Source: Verrucomicrobiota bacterium (GTDB lineage: Bacteria; Verrucomicrobiota; Verrucomicrobiia; Limisphaerales; AAA164-E04). From it: a stretch of DNA of 64,000 nucleotides. The notes beneath the pieces are model-generated. The model was not told where the DNA came from. It was given only the letters and a program-made list of their open reading frames with translations, and did no database searches. Shown here in pieces: positions 52,201 to 62,219 of the stretch (positions are counted from its first letter, which is position 1; each line of letters opens with the position of its first letter). The position numbers were made by a program, and so were the translations under genes. The DNA is taken from assembly GCA_047947115.1 (NCBI GenBank), contig CP170459.1, positions 1,760,001 through 1,824,000 of the forward strand. The letters run 5' to 3'.

Positions 52201-53136
52201 TCAGCGAATCAATAACTTATCTCCTGGTTTTAAGGCTTTTTCTGCACTGTCATGATAGGCGAAGGCCCCGATATCACCATTTGGTAAGTGGATAATAGGT
52301 TGCATCTTCACAAAGTTTTCGGACGGTATTTCATTGATGAGCCGGTCTCTGAAGGCGCGCGCCACATCGGCATCCAACAGTTCCTTGTTTGGCCAATACA
52401 TCGAACGGACGAGCAAACCCACAATGGCATCATGATAGCTTTTAGCTTGGTCGCCCCAAGTGGTTTTGCCGTCAATCGGTACAAGAACGGGAACCATTTT
52501 ACCTGGCGGATCGGATTCGTTCGTGGAAGGTACATATGTCTTCTTTGAATAGAGTGCATTTTGATCCTTCCGTTTGCATTGGTGATAGCATCTAAGATTT
52601 GAGAAGATATCTCCAGTGATCATCGGGTTTTCTGCTCGGTCGATTTCCTTTAGCATATGATAGAGTTGCTCAAATTCGGCGGTATAGATTTGAGGGTTGT
52701 TGTAAAATGCGACCATGTATCCATGATTTTTAACCGCTGTTTCCATTTCTGGATCTCCGGTGAAGGTTGCAGGATTGTTCGGATCGTACCTCGAAGGATC
52801 ATATTTGAGCGTCTGATGATAGGTTGGTTCGTAAGGAAAATTGGCTTTCCAATTTTCCAAACGCTGTTTTTCGGTAGCTTCCTCGACATTTTGCTTTTCA
52901 AGTGCTCTTGCTTCTTGCTCCTGTAGTCTTCGGTATATGGCAATGCCATTACGTGCATCGATGGATGTCTTGTTGTTAAACGAAGGATTGTTGGATTGCT
53001 CTTTCGACCATTCATTCTTGTTGTTGAAGTCTAGCCTTGTTTTCGGTTCAGGATCCTTTGGCCAAAAATAAACGAACAGGATAACCAGAAAAGCGAGAAC
53101 ACCGAGAGCAGCTTGCTTCTTATTTAAATTTTTCAT
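52201..53136 (-). CDS. Membrane-anchored hypothetical protein, family B (B1)
   Basis: TM anchor; WKANFPYEPTYH..LKYDPSRY, VKNHGYM, FEQLYHML.EIDRAENP, TWGD and LKPGDKLLIR. Confidence 0.88.
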   Translation of the reverse strand: MKNLNKKQAALGVLAFLVILFVYFWPKDPEPKTRLDFNNKNEWSKEQSNNPSFNNKTSIDARNGIAIYRRLQEQEARALEKQNVEEATEKQRLENWKANFPYEPTYHQTLKYDPSRYDPNNPATFTGDPEMETAVKNHGYMVAFYNNPQIYTAEFEQLYHMLKEIDRAENPMITGDIFSNLRCYHQCKRKDQNALYSKKTYVPSTNESDPPGKMVPVLVPIDGKTTWGDQAKSYHDAIVGLLVRSMYWPNKELLDADVARAFRDRLINEIPSENFVKMQPIIHLPNGDIGAFAYHDSAEKALKPGDKLLIR

Positions 53137-53237
53137 GAAAAATTTCTTTCAGTAATAATTTTAACACTTGCCAGATTAAAAAGTGCCGTAATCAAGATCA
53201 TATTCATAAACCACCCATTGGTGTTCGTTGATAAGGG

Positions 53238-54708
53238 GAACGGTGTCAAAAGAGTGAAGCCAAATTTGCCGCCTGAAACCGGGTTCCTGCGATGTGTTTC
53301 AGTTGTCTGATTCGGTTCTTTTCAAGGGTTTCAAAATGATTAAAATGCTCTAAAACAGAGAATTTAGCCGGTTTTTGTGCGATTAAAGTTGACTCTAGCG
53401 CTCTGACCCCAAAAAATTTTCATGCCAAGAGCTCTATTAACTGATAATAAGATATTTACAGCATTCTTCAAGCCTTTATTTGACGCCTTGAATCGAGCTG
53501 TTCACACTCGCCAATGTAATGAATTACCCGACCAGCATTGGCTTGAATTAGGAGTCACCCGAATTCTTATGGAATCCCCCAGCGGCCGGGGGTTTCTCCA
53601 GCAATACGGCCCCCACTTTCAGAGTGATATTTCTGTGGGGCTTTATTTCGAATCTCTCAAAAGTAACCGACGCCTCCTTCTTGCCGATGAATTAAATGAT
53701 AGTATTTGCGCTAAAGCAGCCAAAGAACTTAATGACCCTCTTCAGGATTTTGAGGAACTAAAAAAATATGACATCTATGCCGCTGATGGCCATTGGCATG
53801 GTGCTTCGGCTCATGAAGTACGCAAGAATGAAAAGAAATGGGCTCCCGGTTACTTCTACGCCCTGAATCTGAGATCCCATGCAATCAAGTTGCTGGATAC
53901 AGCCGATGAGGTTCATCGTAAGCATGAGCATGACATGCGAGCCCTCAAAAGGATGGGTATCGAAACACTCAGGCAGGGTGCCAAGACGGGACGCAAAGTT
54001 CTCTATGTGTATGACTCTGCGTCCATCGATTTCAATGAGTGGGATTGGTGGAAATCACGAGGTGGAATTTATTTCGTTTCCCGCATGAAAGACGGAACTG
54101 CCTATGAATGTCTGGATGAACTGGAAGTCGATCATGAAAATGGTATCAATCACGGAATCACGTCCGATGAAAAAATCATAGTCAATAACCAGAGCATTCT
54201 TCGACGAATCGTATGTGTCGATCCGCAAACTGGGAAGGAACACGTTTTGATCACCAACCAATTGACGATTTCGCCAGGTTTGTTAGCACAGCTCTATCGG
54301 ATGCGTTGGGATATTGAGAAGGTATTCGATGAGTTTAAAAATACACTTCAGGAGAAAAAGGCATGGGCCGGATCAGTCCGGGCCAAGAAGATTCAAGCCA
54401 ACTTTCTTTGCCTGGCACATAACCTCTGTCTCTTGATGGAGCATGATTTGGAAAAGGATTACGGAGTGAGCAACGAAGCAGAAATTCGTCGACGTCAAAT
54501 TCGCTTTGAAGCAATGAAAAACGCTGCCAAAGAAGCCGGGAGAAAATGGTCAACGGTGTACGAATGCGTCCAGCGCTACTCCAAGCGAAGCGTAAAGTTT
54601 ATCCGGTGCTTGAGATCATTTTTCTTTTTAGAAAAGCCCCTAATTGACATGGCGGCTCATCTCATCCGTTTATATGCGAAGTTATGATTGACTTTTTTGA
54701 CACCGTTC
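53238..54708 (+). mobile_element. Complete IS4-family insertion sequence
   Basis: IRs GAACGGTGTCAAAA(G/A)AGT (17/18). 8-bp TSD GATAAGGG at 53230-53237 and 54709-54716. Confidence 0.93.
53422..54687 (+). CDS. IS4-family DDE transposase
   Basis: AADG, VYDSA, FVSRMK and the Y-2-R-3-E-6-K motif YRMRWDIEKVFDEFK. Confidence 0.9.
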   Translation: MPRALLTDNKIFTAFFKPLFDALNRAVHTRQCNELPDQHWLELGVTRILMESPSGRGFLQQYGPHFQSDISVGLYFESLKSNRRLLLADELNDSICAKAAKELNDPLQDFEELKKYDIYAADGHWHGASAHEVRKNEKKWAPGYFYALNLRSHAIKLLDTADEVHRKHEHDMRALKRMGIETLRQGAKTGRKVLYVYDSASIDFNEWDWWKSRGGIYFVSRMKDGTAYECLDELEVDHENGINHGITSDEKIIVNNQSILRRIVCVDPQTGKEHVLITNQLTISPGLLAQLYRMRWDIEKVFDEFKNTLQEKKAWAGSVRAKKIQANFLCLAHNLCLLMEHDLEKDYGVSNEAEIRRRQIRFEAMKNAAKEAGRKWSTVYECVQRYSKRSVKFIRCLRSFFFLEKPLIDMAAHLIRLYAKL

Positions 54709-55678
54709 GATAAGGGTGTCTATAAGTTCTTTCGGATTGTGCATTGCCAGGGATGTCCAGTTGAGGAGGTTGCTATTTGGCCATTGAGCTTTCCATTTAC
54801 GTTTGCATGTACCATGTGCGCTGGGACCTGAAATAATTTCGGTGTTTTCAGGAAGTAGGTCAACATTGGTGACCTTGTCTGCCTGGATTTTGCTGACTTG
54901 AACCACTCTTCTTGTTTCCTTGCTTCTTTCAACGCTCGTGAGTCCTTCAGCCAACGTATAATCCAGATCTGCAAGTTTGTATCTTATTTCGAGAGCAAAA
55001 TCTCCTTGTAGATTTCTGAGGCCTTCACCTCCGTTGTTTGAATAGTTTGAAAAGATGACATATTTGGCGTCCCAGAATTTGATGGTTCCCGTTCCGATCC
55101 AGGTTTCATCATCATTGACCACCGTAACAATTCCTTTTCCCGCGACTTGTGATCGAGTGATGATTTTTCCCGATTCATCGATATTGTAGACATGCCAGTG
55201 GTGATACGAAAATTCACGATCAAGGAGTTCAAATCCTCCGTTTGCGTGTTCTTCTCCTCGCAGGTGGTTTTGTTGATAGGTCTGTTGGTAGCCAGAAAAC
55301 TCATCCGCATACCAGTTGGCGTTGACCGAATTGCCATAATCCATCCAAACGGCACCGGCGCTGGCAATGGATTCCCCTTCACGTGTAACCATGCGTTCGG
55401 CGGCGTCCATGACCGCGCCGTCAATGCCTTCGATGACTTTCCCCATGATGTAGTCTCCTGCTTTGATCAGGACATCGTAAAGATCTGCCTTTGCTGTCAT
55501 ATGAGTTAAAAATAAGCAGGTGGCTAAAATGAATGTTTTTCCTGCTTTAGGGTAAACTCCTGATTGCTTTCTCATCTTCTTTTCCTTTTTTGATTTGTTC
55601 CTTCTTCACTTGAGACCATTGTGATGGATTAATTTTACTGGGTGAGGGAGGGAATGCAAAAGAGGATGCTTTTTGGGA

Positions 55679-55715
55679 GTGATTTTTTGGGAGTAATTAG
55701 ATGTCGCGTTTTGGT
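55679..55715 (-). promoter_or_regulatory. Candidate regulator site upstream of A1
   Basis: Coding strand ACCAAAACGCGACATCTAATTACTCCCAAAAAATCAC; variants at 62140-62174 and 62402-62439. Confidence 0.45.
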
Positions 55716-55751
55716 GATGGCTATTACTGAAATAATCTTGTGGTTGATATG

Positions 55752-55827
55752 CTCACACAAAGACTCCAAGCCACGAAGGAAACCGTTCTTGGAAAGCAAA
55801 AAATTCGTGTTCTTCGAGGCTTAGTGT
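55752..55827. repeat. CACACAAAG-family palindromic repeat
   Basis: Left arm CTCACACAAAGACTCCAAGCCACGAAG; degenerate right arm TTCGTGTTCTTCGAGGCTTAGTGT. Confidence 0.75.
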
Positions 55828-55832
55828 TTGGT

Positions 55833-57002
55833 TTATTTGGTTTCTTCTCCAAATCTCCATTGAAAGGGGCTCAGTGTATCTGGGGTGGTATTCTCGGTGA
55901 GTGCTCTGGATAGCACTTCTCCGATGCCTGCTGAATGTTTGAAACCGTGTCCCGAGCAGGGTGAGGCGATCCATACTTTATTGTTTTCGGGGTGGTGATC
56001 GATGAGGAATCCGAAGTCCGGTGTGACCGTGTATTGGCAGGCTACAGAACGAATGCACTTTGCCCTGATGCGCAGGTGGGAGCTGGCGGATTCGAACATT
56101 GTTTGTGTTTCTTCACTGGTAACCGTTTGGTTCAGAAGATCAGGATTGCATGGTATATCAAATTGTTCGCCGGCAATTTTGAGCCCTTTGCCGGAACCGC
56201 CCAACTCAGGGAATCCGTAAAACATGGAATGAGTGGCATCCGGTACCCGGATGTAAATGGGCATGTTTTCGGGAGTGAACATGTCTTTCGGTCCATCGGT
56301 TTGGAACCAATGTAACAACTGTCGGTAAGTGCGGGTGACGGGTTGCCATTCCGGGACTAGTTTGCCGATCCATGGTCCGGCTGTAAGGACGATGCGTTCA
56401 GTCCGGTACGTACATTGATCTGTCTTTATGCAAAATCCCTCTCCATTCTTTCTCGATGAGTGAAATGATTCGTTAAAGCGAATGCCTGCCCCCAGAATCC
56501 TTGCCTGGTCCAACTGGGCTTGAATGCAGGCCTCGGGGCGTACATAGCCGGCTTCAGGTTCGTAATATCCGGATTCACCTGAGTGAAACTTGAATTGAGG
56601 AAATCGCTCCGACATTTCATCCGTGGTCAGACGTTCATGTTGAATCTGATGTTTGGCGGCAACTTCGCATGTTGTCTTCAGAAAATCTTCAGCACCATGT
56701 GCCGCCTTGCGGCCGTTTGAGCCCGCAAAGATCAGGCCTCCGACTTGGTGCAGTAACGAACTGCCGGTGGCGGATTCCAACTCCCGCCAGATTTCGTGGG
56801 ATCGTTTGACCAGCGGGACATAGGCCTCGTCTTCTCCCAAGGCCAGGCGGGTAATGCGTGTTTCACCGTGGGAAGAGCCACGGTTGTGCGGTGGCTGAAA
56901 TTGATCAATGCCCAAAGCATGCACTCCCGCTTTCGCCAACTGGTAAAGAGTGGCGCTACCCATGGCACCAAGACCGATCACGACAACTTCCGGAGATCGC
57001 AT
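55833..57002 (-). CDS. solA: N-methyl-L-tryptophan oxidase / monomeric sarcosine oxidase family
   Basis: VIGLGAMGSA, GSSHGETRITR, CQYTVTPD and CSGHGFKHS. Confidence 0.9.
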   Translation of the reverse strand: MRSPEVVVIGLGAMGSATLYQLAKAGVHALGIDQFQPPHNRGSSHGETRITRLALGEDEAYVPLVKRSHEIWRELESATGSSLLHQVGGLIFAGSNGRKAAHGAEDFLKTTCEVAAKHQIQHERLTTDEMSERFPQFKFHSGESGYYEPEAGYVRPEACIQAQLDQARILGAGIRFNESFHSSRKNGEGFCIKTDQCTYRTERIVLTAGPWIGKLVPEWQPVTRTYRQLLHWFQTDGPKDMFTPENMPIYIRVPDATHSMFYGFPELGGSGKGLKIAGEQFDIPCNPDLLNQTVTSEETQTMFESASSHLRIRAKCIRSVACQYTVTPDFGFLIDHHPENNKVWIASPCSGHGFKHSAGIGEVLSRALTENTTPDTLSPFQWRFGEETK

Positions 57003-57016
57003 AGGTGTGGCAGGAA

Positions 57017-58003
57017 TTAATCGGATAAGGCTCCCGTGCAACTGCTACCAGCCCCGGCGCAGCAGGCCAGGCAATGGTTTCCCGTCTGAATGTCGATCTT
57101 CATCCATGTCTCCGGATCAATGTCCCAAAGATAGAGAGGTTTGCCATTTCTCAGTTGCATGTTGAGCATTTGATTGAAATCACAATCATATACTTCGCCC
57201 AGGTATCCAACGCTGATCGTACTGCGGCACATCAGGCCGGTTACAGTCGCCGGGTTGAAAGACTGCACCAACAAGTCCATGTAAGCTTCGAGTTGGCCAC
57301 TGGTTTTCAAATCTTCAGCAAAGCGGGCGATGGGTTGGTTGGTGATGGTGAATAGTTGGTCGAATACGATTCCGAATTCCTTCTTGAGAGCTTCTTTGTA
57401 ATCTTGTTCCAGTTCGGCTTGTGGTCCGGGTAATTTGGGGCCGAGCGGATTGTAAACCAGATTCAGTTTGAGTGTCCCCGATCCGTAGCCGGCACGGTTC
57501 AATTTTTGGAGACCGCGAATGCTCTTTTCAAAAACGCCATGGCCTCGTTGTTTGGAGACATTGTCGGCGGTGTAACAGGGCAAGGAGGCGATGACTTCGA
57601 CTTCATGGTCAGCCAGGAATTGATCCAAATCTTCAAAGCCGGGTTCTTCCAGGATGGTCAAATTGTTGCGATCCATGACGTGGCATCCCGCTTCTTTGGA
57701 TGCTTTGACCAATGGACGAAAGAATTCGCTTAGTTCGGGCGCACCTCCCGTGATATCGACCTTGGCGGGGCGATACTGGTCAATCCAGTGAGAGATCTTT
57801 TCGAAGGTAACGGCATCGATGGTTTCCGTCCGCCACGGGGCGGCGTCCACATGACAATGTCGACAGGCCTGATTGCATTGGCGACCGACATTGATTTGCA
57901 ATGTGTTCAACTGTCCCCTCTGCAAATGAATCTCATGCGCCGCCAATTTATGTTCAAACTGATTCATGGTAACCAGAGCGACCATACACGGAGCATATTC
58001 CAA
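57017..58003 (-). CDS. Radical SAM / Cys-rich DUF3641 protein (ArsS-like)
   Basis: CNQACRHC, DITGGAPE, SLPCY, YDCDFNQML and C-terminal HCLACCAGAGSSCTG. Confidence 0.88.
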   Translation of the reverse strand: MEYAPCMVALVTMNQFEHKLAAHEIHLQRGQLNTLQINVGRQCNQACRHCHVDAAPWRTETIDAVTFEKISHWIDQYRPAKVDITGGAPELSEFFRPLVKASKEAGCHVMDRNNLTILEEPGFEDLDQFLADHEVEVIASLPCYTADNVSKQRGHGVFEKSIRGLQKLNRAGYGSGTLKLNLVYNPLGPKLPGPQAELEQDYKEALKKEFGIVFDQLFTITNQPIARFAEDLKTSGQLEAYMDLLVQSFNPATVTGLMCRSTISVGYLGEVYDCDFNQMLNMQLRNGKPLYLWDIDPETWMKIDIQTGNHCLACCAGAGSSCTGALSD

Positions 58004-58049
58004 AAGCGATGGTTTTTGAGAAGGAATCGTATGTGTAGGTATGATATTT

Positions 58050-58142
58050 TCTCACACGAAGCCACTCAGACACGAAGGCTTTTTTATTATGCCAAATGTT
58101 TCCTTCCGTTAAATCCTAGTGGCTTCGTGTCATTGTGTGAGA
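58050..58142. repeat. CACACAAAG-family palindromic repeat
   Basis: TCTCACACGAAGCCACTCAGACACGAAGG...CCTAGTGGCTTCGTGTCATTGTGTGAGA, ending 5 bp from the B2 stop. Confidence 0.8.
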
Positions 58143-58147
58143 TCATT

Positions 58148-59071
58148 TCAGCGGTAGAGTAGCTGGTCACCTGATTTTAATGCTTTCTCAGCATCGTCAT
58201 AGTAGCCGAATGCACCGATCTGACCGTTGGGGAGTTCCACTACATCCCTCATTTCGAAGAGATTATCTGATGGGATTTCGTCCAGGAAACGGTCTCTAAT
58301 CGTTCTTGCCGTTTCCGCGCTCATTTCTTCCTTATTCGGCCAGCATTTTTTCAAGGCAAGTAATCCAACAATAGAATCCCTGTATCCTTCCATCTTGTCG
58401 CCCCATGTCGTTTTTCCATCAATGGGAACACGAGCCTCTGTCATTCCTTGCGACGATTCATTCATGGTATCGTTTTGAACAAGGCCTGGTCGGGACCACA
58501 GATCTGTAGGGGCGAAGCGTTGGCTTTTGTAGTAGTGAATCAGCATGTTGAAAATACGCCCTGTCATAATGGGATTGTCTGCCCGATCCACTTCTTCCAG
58601 CATGTGATATAACTGTTCGAACTCGGAGCTATAGATGTTTGGGTTATTGTAAAAAGCCACCAGAAATCCATGATTCTTCACCGCTGTTTCCATCTCGAGA
58701 CCACCGTGGAAGGTTGAAGGATTACCCGGATCATACCTCGTTGGATCATAAGTTAATGTGGGGTGATGGGGCGGCTGGTAAGGAAAGTTTTCCTCCCAAC
58801 GTTGTCTCCGTAATGCTTCAGCCTCCTCTGCTTTTGTTTTGTCCTCCTTTTTTTCCTGCATTTGTCTGTGTGATTCTATATTCGCGTTCAGGTTAGCCAA
58901 AGCAGGTAGCGGTGTGGTCGACCGAGTGGCGGGAATTTCTTGCGCTTCAGGTTCCAGGTTTGGTTTGGAAACGGTTTGGCGGTTTGTTGTGCTCTGACGG
59001 AACAAAATACAAACCGCCAATGCCAAAAGCGCCAACCCTGTTTTCATTCGTTTGAGCTTGGATTTGTTCAT
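58148..59071 (-). CDS. Membrane-anchored hypothetical protein, family B (B2)
   Basis: Same motifs as B1 (WEENFPYQP, VKNHGFL, FEQLYHML, TWGD, LKSGDQLLYR). Confidence 0.88.
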   Translation of the reverse strand: MNKSKLKRMKTGLALLALAVCILFRQSTTNRQTVSKPNLEPEAQEIPATRSTTPLPALANLNANIESHRQMQEKKEDKTKAEEAEALRRQRWEENFPYQPPHHPTLTYDPTRYDPGNPSTFHGGLEMETAVKNHGFLVAFYNNPNIYSSEFEQLYHMLEEVDRADNPIMTGRIFNMLIHYYKSQRFAPTDLWSRPGLVQNDTMNESSQGMTEARVPIDGKTTWGDKMEGYRDSIVGLLALKKCWPNKEEMSAETARTIRDRFLDEIPSDNLFEMRDVVELPNGQIGAFGYYDDAEKALKSGDQLLYR

Positions 59072-59109
59072 GATCGTTTACATGTTCTATTTACGATTTG
59101 TTTTGAAGC

Positions 59110-59880
59110 TCAATTCCATCCGTAATCGACTTGGTATTCGTACATGCCCCACTCGCTTTCACTGATCACTGCGTCAAAGAATCCTTCCCGATCAAAAAGT
59201 ATCATTCTTGCCCATTCCTCCACGCTGTAATTGGGCATGTTGCGTTTATAAACACGTTTGCACTTTCCGTATGCGGCGGGACCTTCAAAGATTTCGGTGT
59301 CATTTTCCAGAGGGTCGACATTTGTGACATTCTCAGCTTGTATTTTACTCACTCTGACATAGCGATAGTCCTCCCTAGCGCGTTCAGAGCTTGTTAATCC
59401 GTATTCGGCTGAGTAATCCAAATCAGCCAGTCTGTATTCAATTTTGGGGTTGAAATCACCCCCGGGGCGTCTGAGTAATTCTCCTCCCGTGTTTGAGTAG
59501 TTGGAGCTGATAACTTAACTGGTGTCCCAATGCTTGACCGTTCTTGAGCCGATCCATGTGTCCTCACTATTGACAACCACCACAAATCCGGTTCCAGCTA
59601 TGAGCTCCTGATTTTGTAATAGCAGGGGATCTTCCAGGGTTCCTAAACCTTCCTCATCCCATACCTCCCAGTCATGATAGGAAAAGTTTCTGTCAAGAAG
59701 CTTGAAGCTACCGTTGATGTGCTCCTCCCCCTAGAGATGGTTTTGTTGGATGGTTTGGTGGTAGTTGCCGAACTCATCGGCATACCAATACGCTTCCAGA
59801 GCAGTGCCATAATCCATCCAGATGGCACTCGCACTTTCACTGGATTCGCCGTCGCGAGTGATGAATCCTTTGATTTAATT
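59110..59880 (-). pseudogene. Family A copy A2: 5'-truncated with in-frame stops
   Basis: Collinear with A3 from N*IKGFITRDGES onward. Stops at 59877-59875 (TAA), 59733-59731 (TAG, CAG in A3) and 59517-59515 (TAA, TAT in A3); no signal peptide region. Confidence 0.88.
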
Positions 59881-59980
59881 CTATCAGGTCTTGGGGACTG
59901 CAAATTTACCTCCCGTCGTTTACTGGACGTATACTGTCGGTTGTGTTGTTACGTTCATCTATGAAGCTTTTTTCATTGTG

Positions 59981-60916
59981 TCAGCGGTAGAGCAGTTGAT
60001 CGCCTGGTTTGAGGTTTCTCATGGTTTGGCCAACGTATCCAAATGTTCCGATTTGGCCGTTTTGCAATTCAACAACATCCTGCATCTTGATCAGGCTTTC
60101 AGATGGGATTTCCTCGATCAGTCTGTCTCTGAAGGCCCGAGCAGTATCTGGAGTTATTTGTTCCTTGTCAGGCCAATATTTGTCTAACACCAATAACCCC
60201 ACAATACCGTTTCGATAAGTTTCCGCCCGCTCCCCCCAGGTTCTTTTTCCATCTGGTGTCAATCGCAACTCTTTCAAGGAGCCAAGTTCATTGGGAGCTG
60301 TAGCATTAGATTCGTATTTCATTTTTTTAAGCAAGGCGTTTGAATCGTTTAGACAGCTTTTGTGATAATGGATCAATAGATTGAAAATTTTTCCTGTGAT
60401 GATGGGCTGATCAGCTCGGTCAATGCTTTCCAGCATTTGATAAAGCTGTTGAAATTCGGCGCTGTAGATTTGGGGGTTATTGTAAAAAGCAACCAGATAG
60501 CTGTGGTTTTTTACAGCCATCTCCATTTCTGGATCATTTCTAAAGGTTGCAGGATTGTTTGCGTCATAGCGAGTAGGGTCATGCGTAAGTGTAGGATGAA
60601 AAGTTGGTTTGTATGGGAAATCCTTTATCCAATGTTCCTTTCGTAGATTTTCCTCATCCGTTTCTCTTTGCACAGCAAGGCTGTTCTCGATCTCCTGTTC
60701 CCTTGCCTTGCGATGACGTTCGATGCTTGAGTGTAAATTTGCAAGTGCGGGCAAGGCAGTTTCTGAAGAGTTTGTAAGTTGGGGGAATTCTTTTGGATTA
60801 CTGTCTTCTATGGCTGCTTCTTTGTTGGTGTTGGAACGTTGGAGAAATACCAGTAAGCCTGTTACAGCAACAAGGACTAAAGCAATGGCTGCTCTCCTGA
60901 TCTTTGGATCATTCAT
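59981..60916 (-). CDS. Membrane-anchored hypothetical protein, family B (B3)
   Basis: Same motifs (WIKDFPYKPTFH, VKNHSYL, TWGE, LKPGDQLLYR). Confidence 0.88.
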   Translation of the reverse strand: MNDPKIRRAAIALVLVAVTGLLVFLQRSNTNKEAAIEDSNPKEFPQLTNSSETALPALANLHSSIERHRKAREQEIENSLAVQRETDEENLRKEHWIKDFPYKPTFHPTLTHDPTRYDANNPATFRNDPEMEMAVKNHSYLVAFYNNPQIYSAEFQQLYQMLESIDRADQPIITGKIFNLLIHYHKSCLNDSNALLKKMKYESNATAPNELGSLKELRLTPDGKRTWGERAETYRNGIVGLLVLDKYWPDKEQITPDTARAFRDRLIEEIPSESLIKMQDVVELQNGQIGTFGYVGQTMRNLKPGDQLLYR

Positions 60917-60953
60917 GATATTTTCGTTTTGAATTGTTTGGTTTTAGAAGATG

Positions 60954-61871
60954 CTATTCCCATCCATAGTCGATCTGGTGTTCGTAGAATCCCCATTTCG
61001 TTTCATTAAGCACCACGTCGAAAAATCTCTCCTGATCCAGAAAAATCATTCCAGCCCACTCTTTGGCAGAATAATTGGGTAGTATGCGTTTATAGACGCG
61101 TTTGCATTTTCCGTATGCGACGGGTCCTTCCACCATTTCAGTCCCATATGGCAACAAATCTATGTTTGAGACTTTGTCGGGCTGCACTTTGCTGACCCTT
61201 TCTACATGCCACCCATAATCATCGCGTTCGCTGCTCACCAAGCCGTGGTTTTTCGAGTAGTCCAGATCGGCCAATCTGTATTCAATTTTGATGTTGAAAT
61301 CACCCCCGGGGCGTCTGAGTAGTTCTCCTCCTGTGTTTGAGTAGTCCGACTTGATAACATAGCTGGCGTCCCAATGCTTGACGGTACCTGAGCCGATCCA
61401 TGTGTCCTCATTGTTGACAATCACAACAAATCCGTTTCCGGCAATTCGCTCGTAATTCTGTAATAGCAGAGGGTCTTCCAATGTCCCTAAACCTTCCTCA
61501 TCCCATACCTCCCAGTCATGATAGGAAAAATTTCTGTCAAGAAGCTCGAATCCCCCATTGATATGCTCTTCGCCCTGGAGATGGTTTTGCTGGATGGTTT
61601 GATGATAGTTGCCGAACTCATCGGCATACCAGTATGCTTCGATGGCAGTGCCATAATCCATCCAGACGGAGCCCGCGCTGGCGATGGACTCGCCGTCGCG
61701 AGTAACAAAGCCTTTTAATTCATTCACAAACGCCCCTTCGATCACACCTGCTATTCGGTTTAAAATGTAACCGGGTAGTGATGCGTGTGCCTGGTTATTT
61801 CATGCAAAAAGCAGCATGAAGACGGTTAGTAATTTTCCTGTAGCGATTCGGTTGCCTGATTTTTTATTCAT
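60954..61871 (-). pseudogene. Family A copy A3 with in-frame TGA in the signal peptide (codon 24)
   Basis: ATG at 61871 after AAGGA: MNKKSGNRIATGKLLTVFMLLFA*NNQAHASLPGYILNRIAGVIEGAF..., TGA at 61802-61800. The rest of the frame is intact. Confidence 0.8.
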
Positions 61872-62219
61872 TGTTATTCCTTACTATAATATTGATCTGA
61901 TTTGTTCACCCCTGATTCCCGTGTTGTTTATGGGTTTCCCCAATATCCTCTCAATATTCAGGCTCTTTCTGAAGGATCGCTTGGGGAGGGGCGGTTTTGG
62001 TTTTTGGTGGCGTGCGGCGGGAAGTTTTGCTGCCACGCTAACCGGAAGAACCGTCCTGCTATCTCTTCGGGTTTTGTATTGATATGAAAAATCTAACCGG
62101 AAGGAGCCTGGAAGACAAATGAGAAGTCATGGAAGGGGTGCGATTTTTGCGGTACTTGGATGTCGCTTTTTGGTAACGCTTTTATCAATGGTGTTACTTC
62201 AACATGGGAGTGCTTTTTT

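Larger units (their letters stand above)
53176..55575 (-). pseudogene. Secreted family A protein (A1) interrupted by IS4 17 codons before its stop
   Basis: Removing the IS restores ...ELIDTLI-NEHQWVVYEYDLDYGTF*, matching paralogue ends SEWGMYEYQVDYGWN and TKWGFYEHQIDYGWE. Confidence 0.88.

Noticed and set aside
61800..61802. TGA in A3 as selenocysteine
   Set aside because: It lies within a signal peptide, with no redox motif, no convincing SECIS and no aligned Cys in A1. More likely a nonsense mutation.
12377..61802. Alternative genetic code or general stop read-through explaining the many in-frame stops
   Set aside because: The internal stops are of all three types, and housekeeping genes terminate normally at TAA, TAG and TGA.
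62038..62104. CTAACCGGAAG short direct repeat
   Set aside because: Only 11 bp and two copies, with no supporting context.
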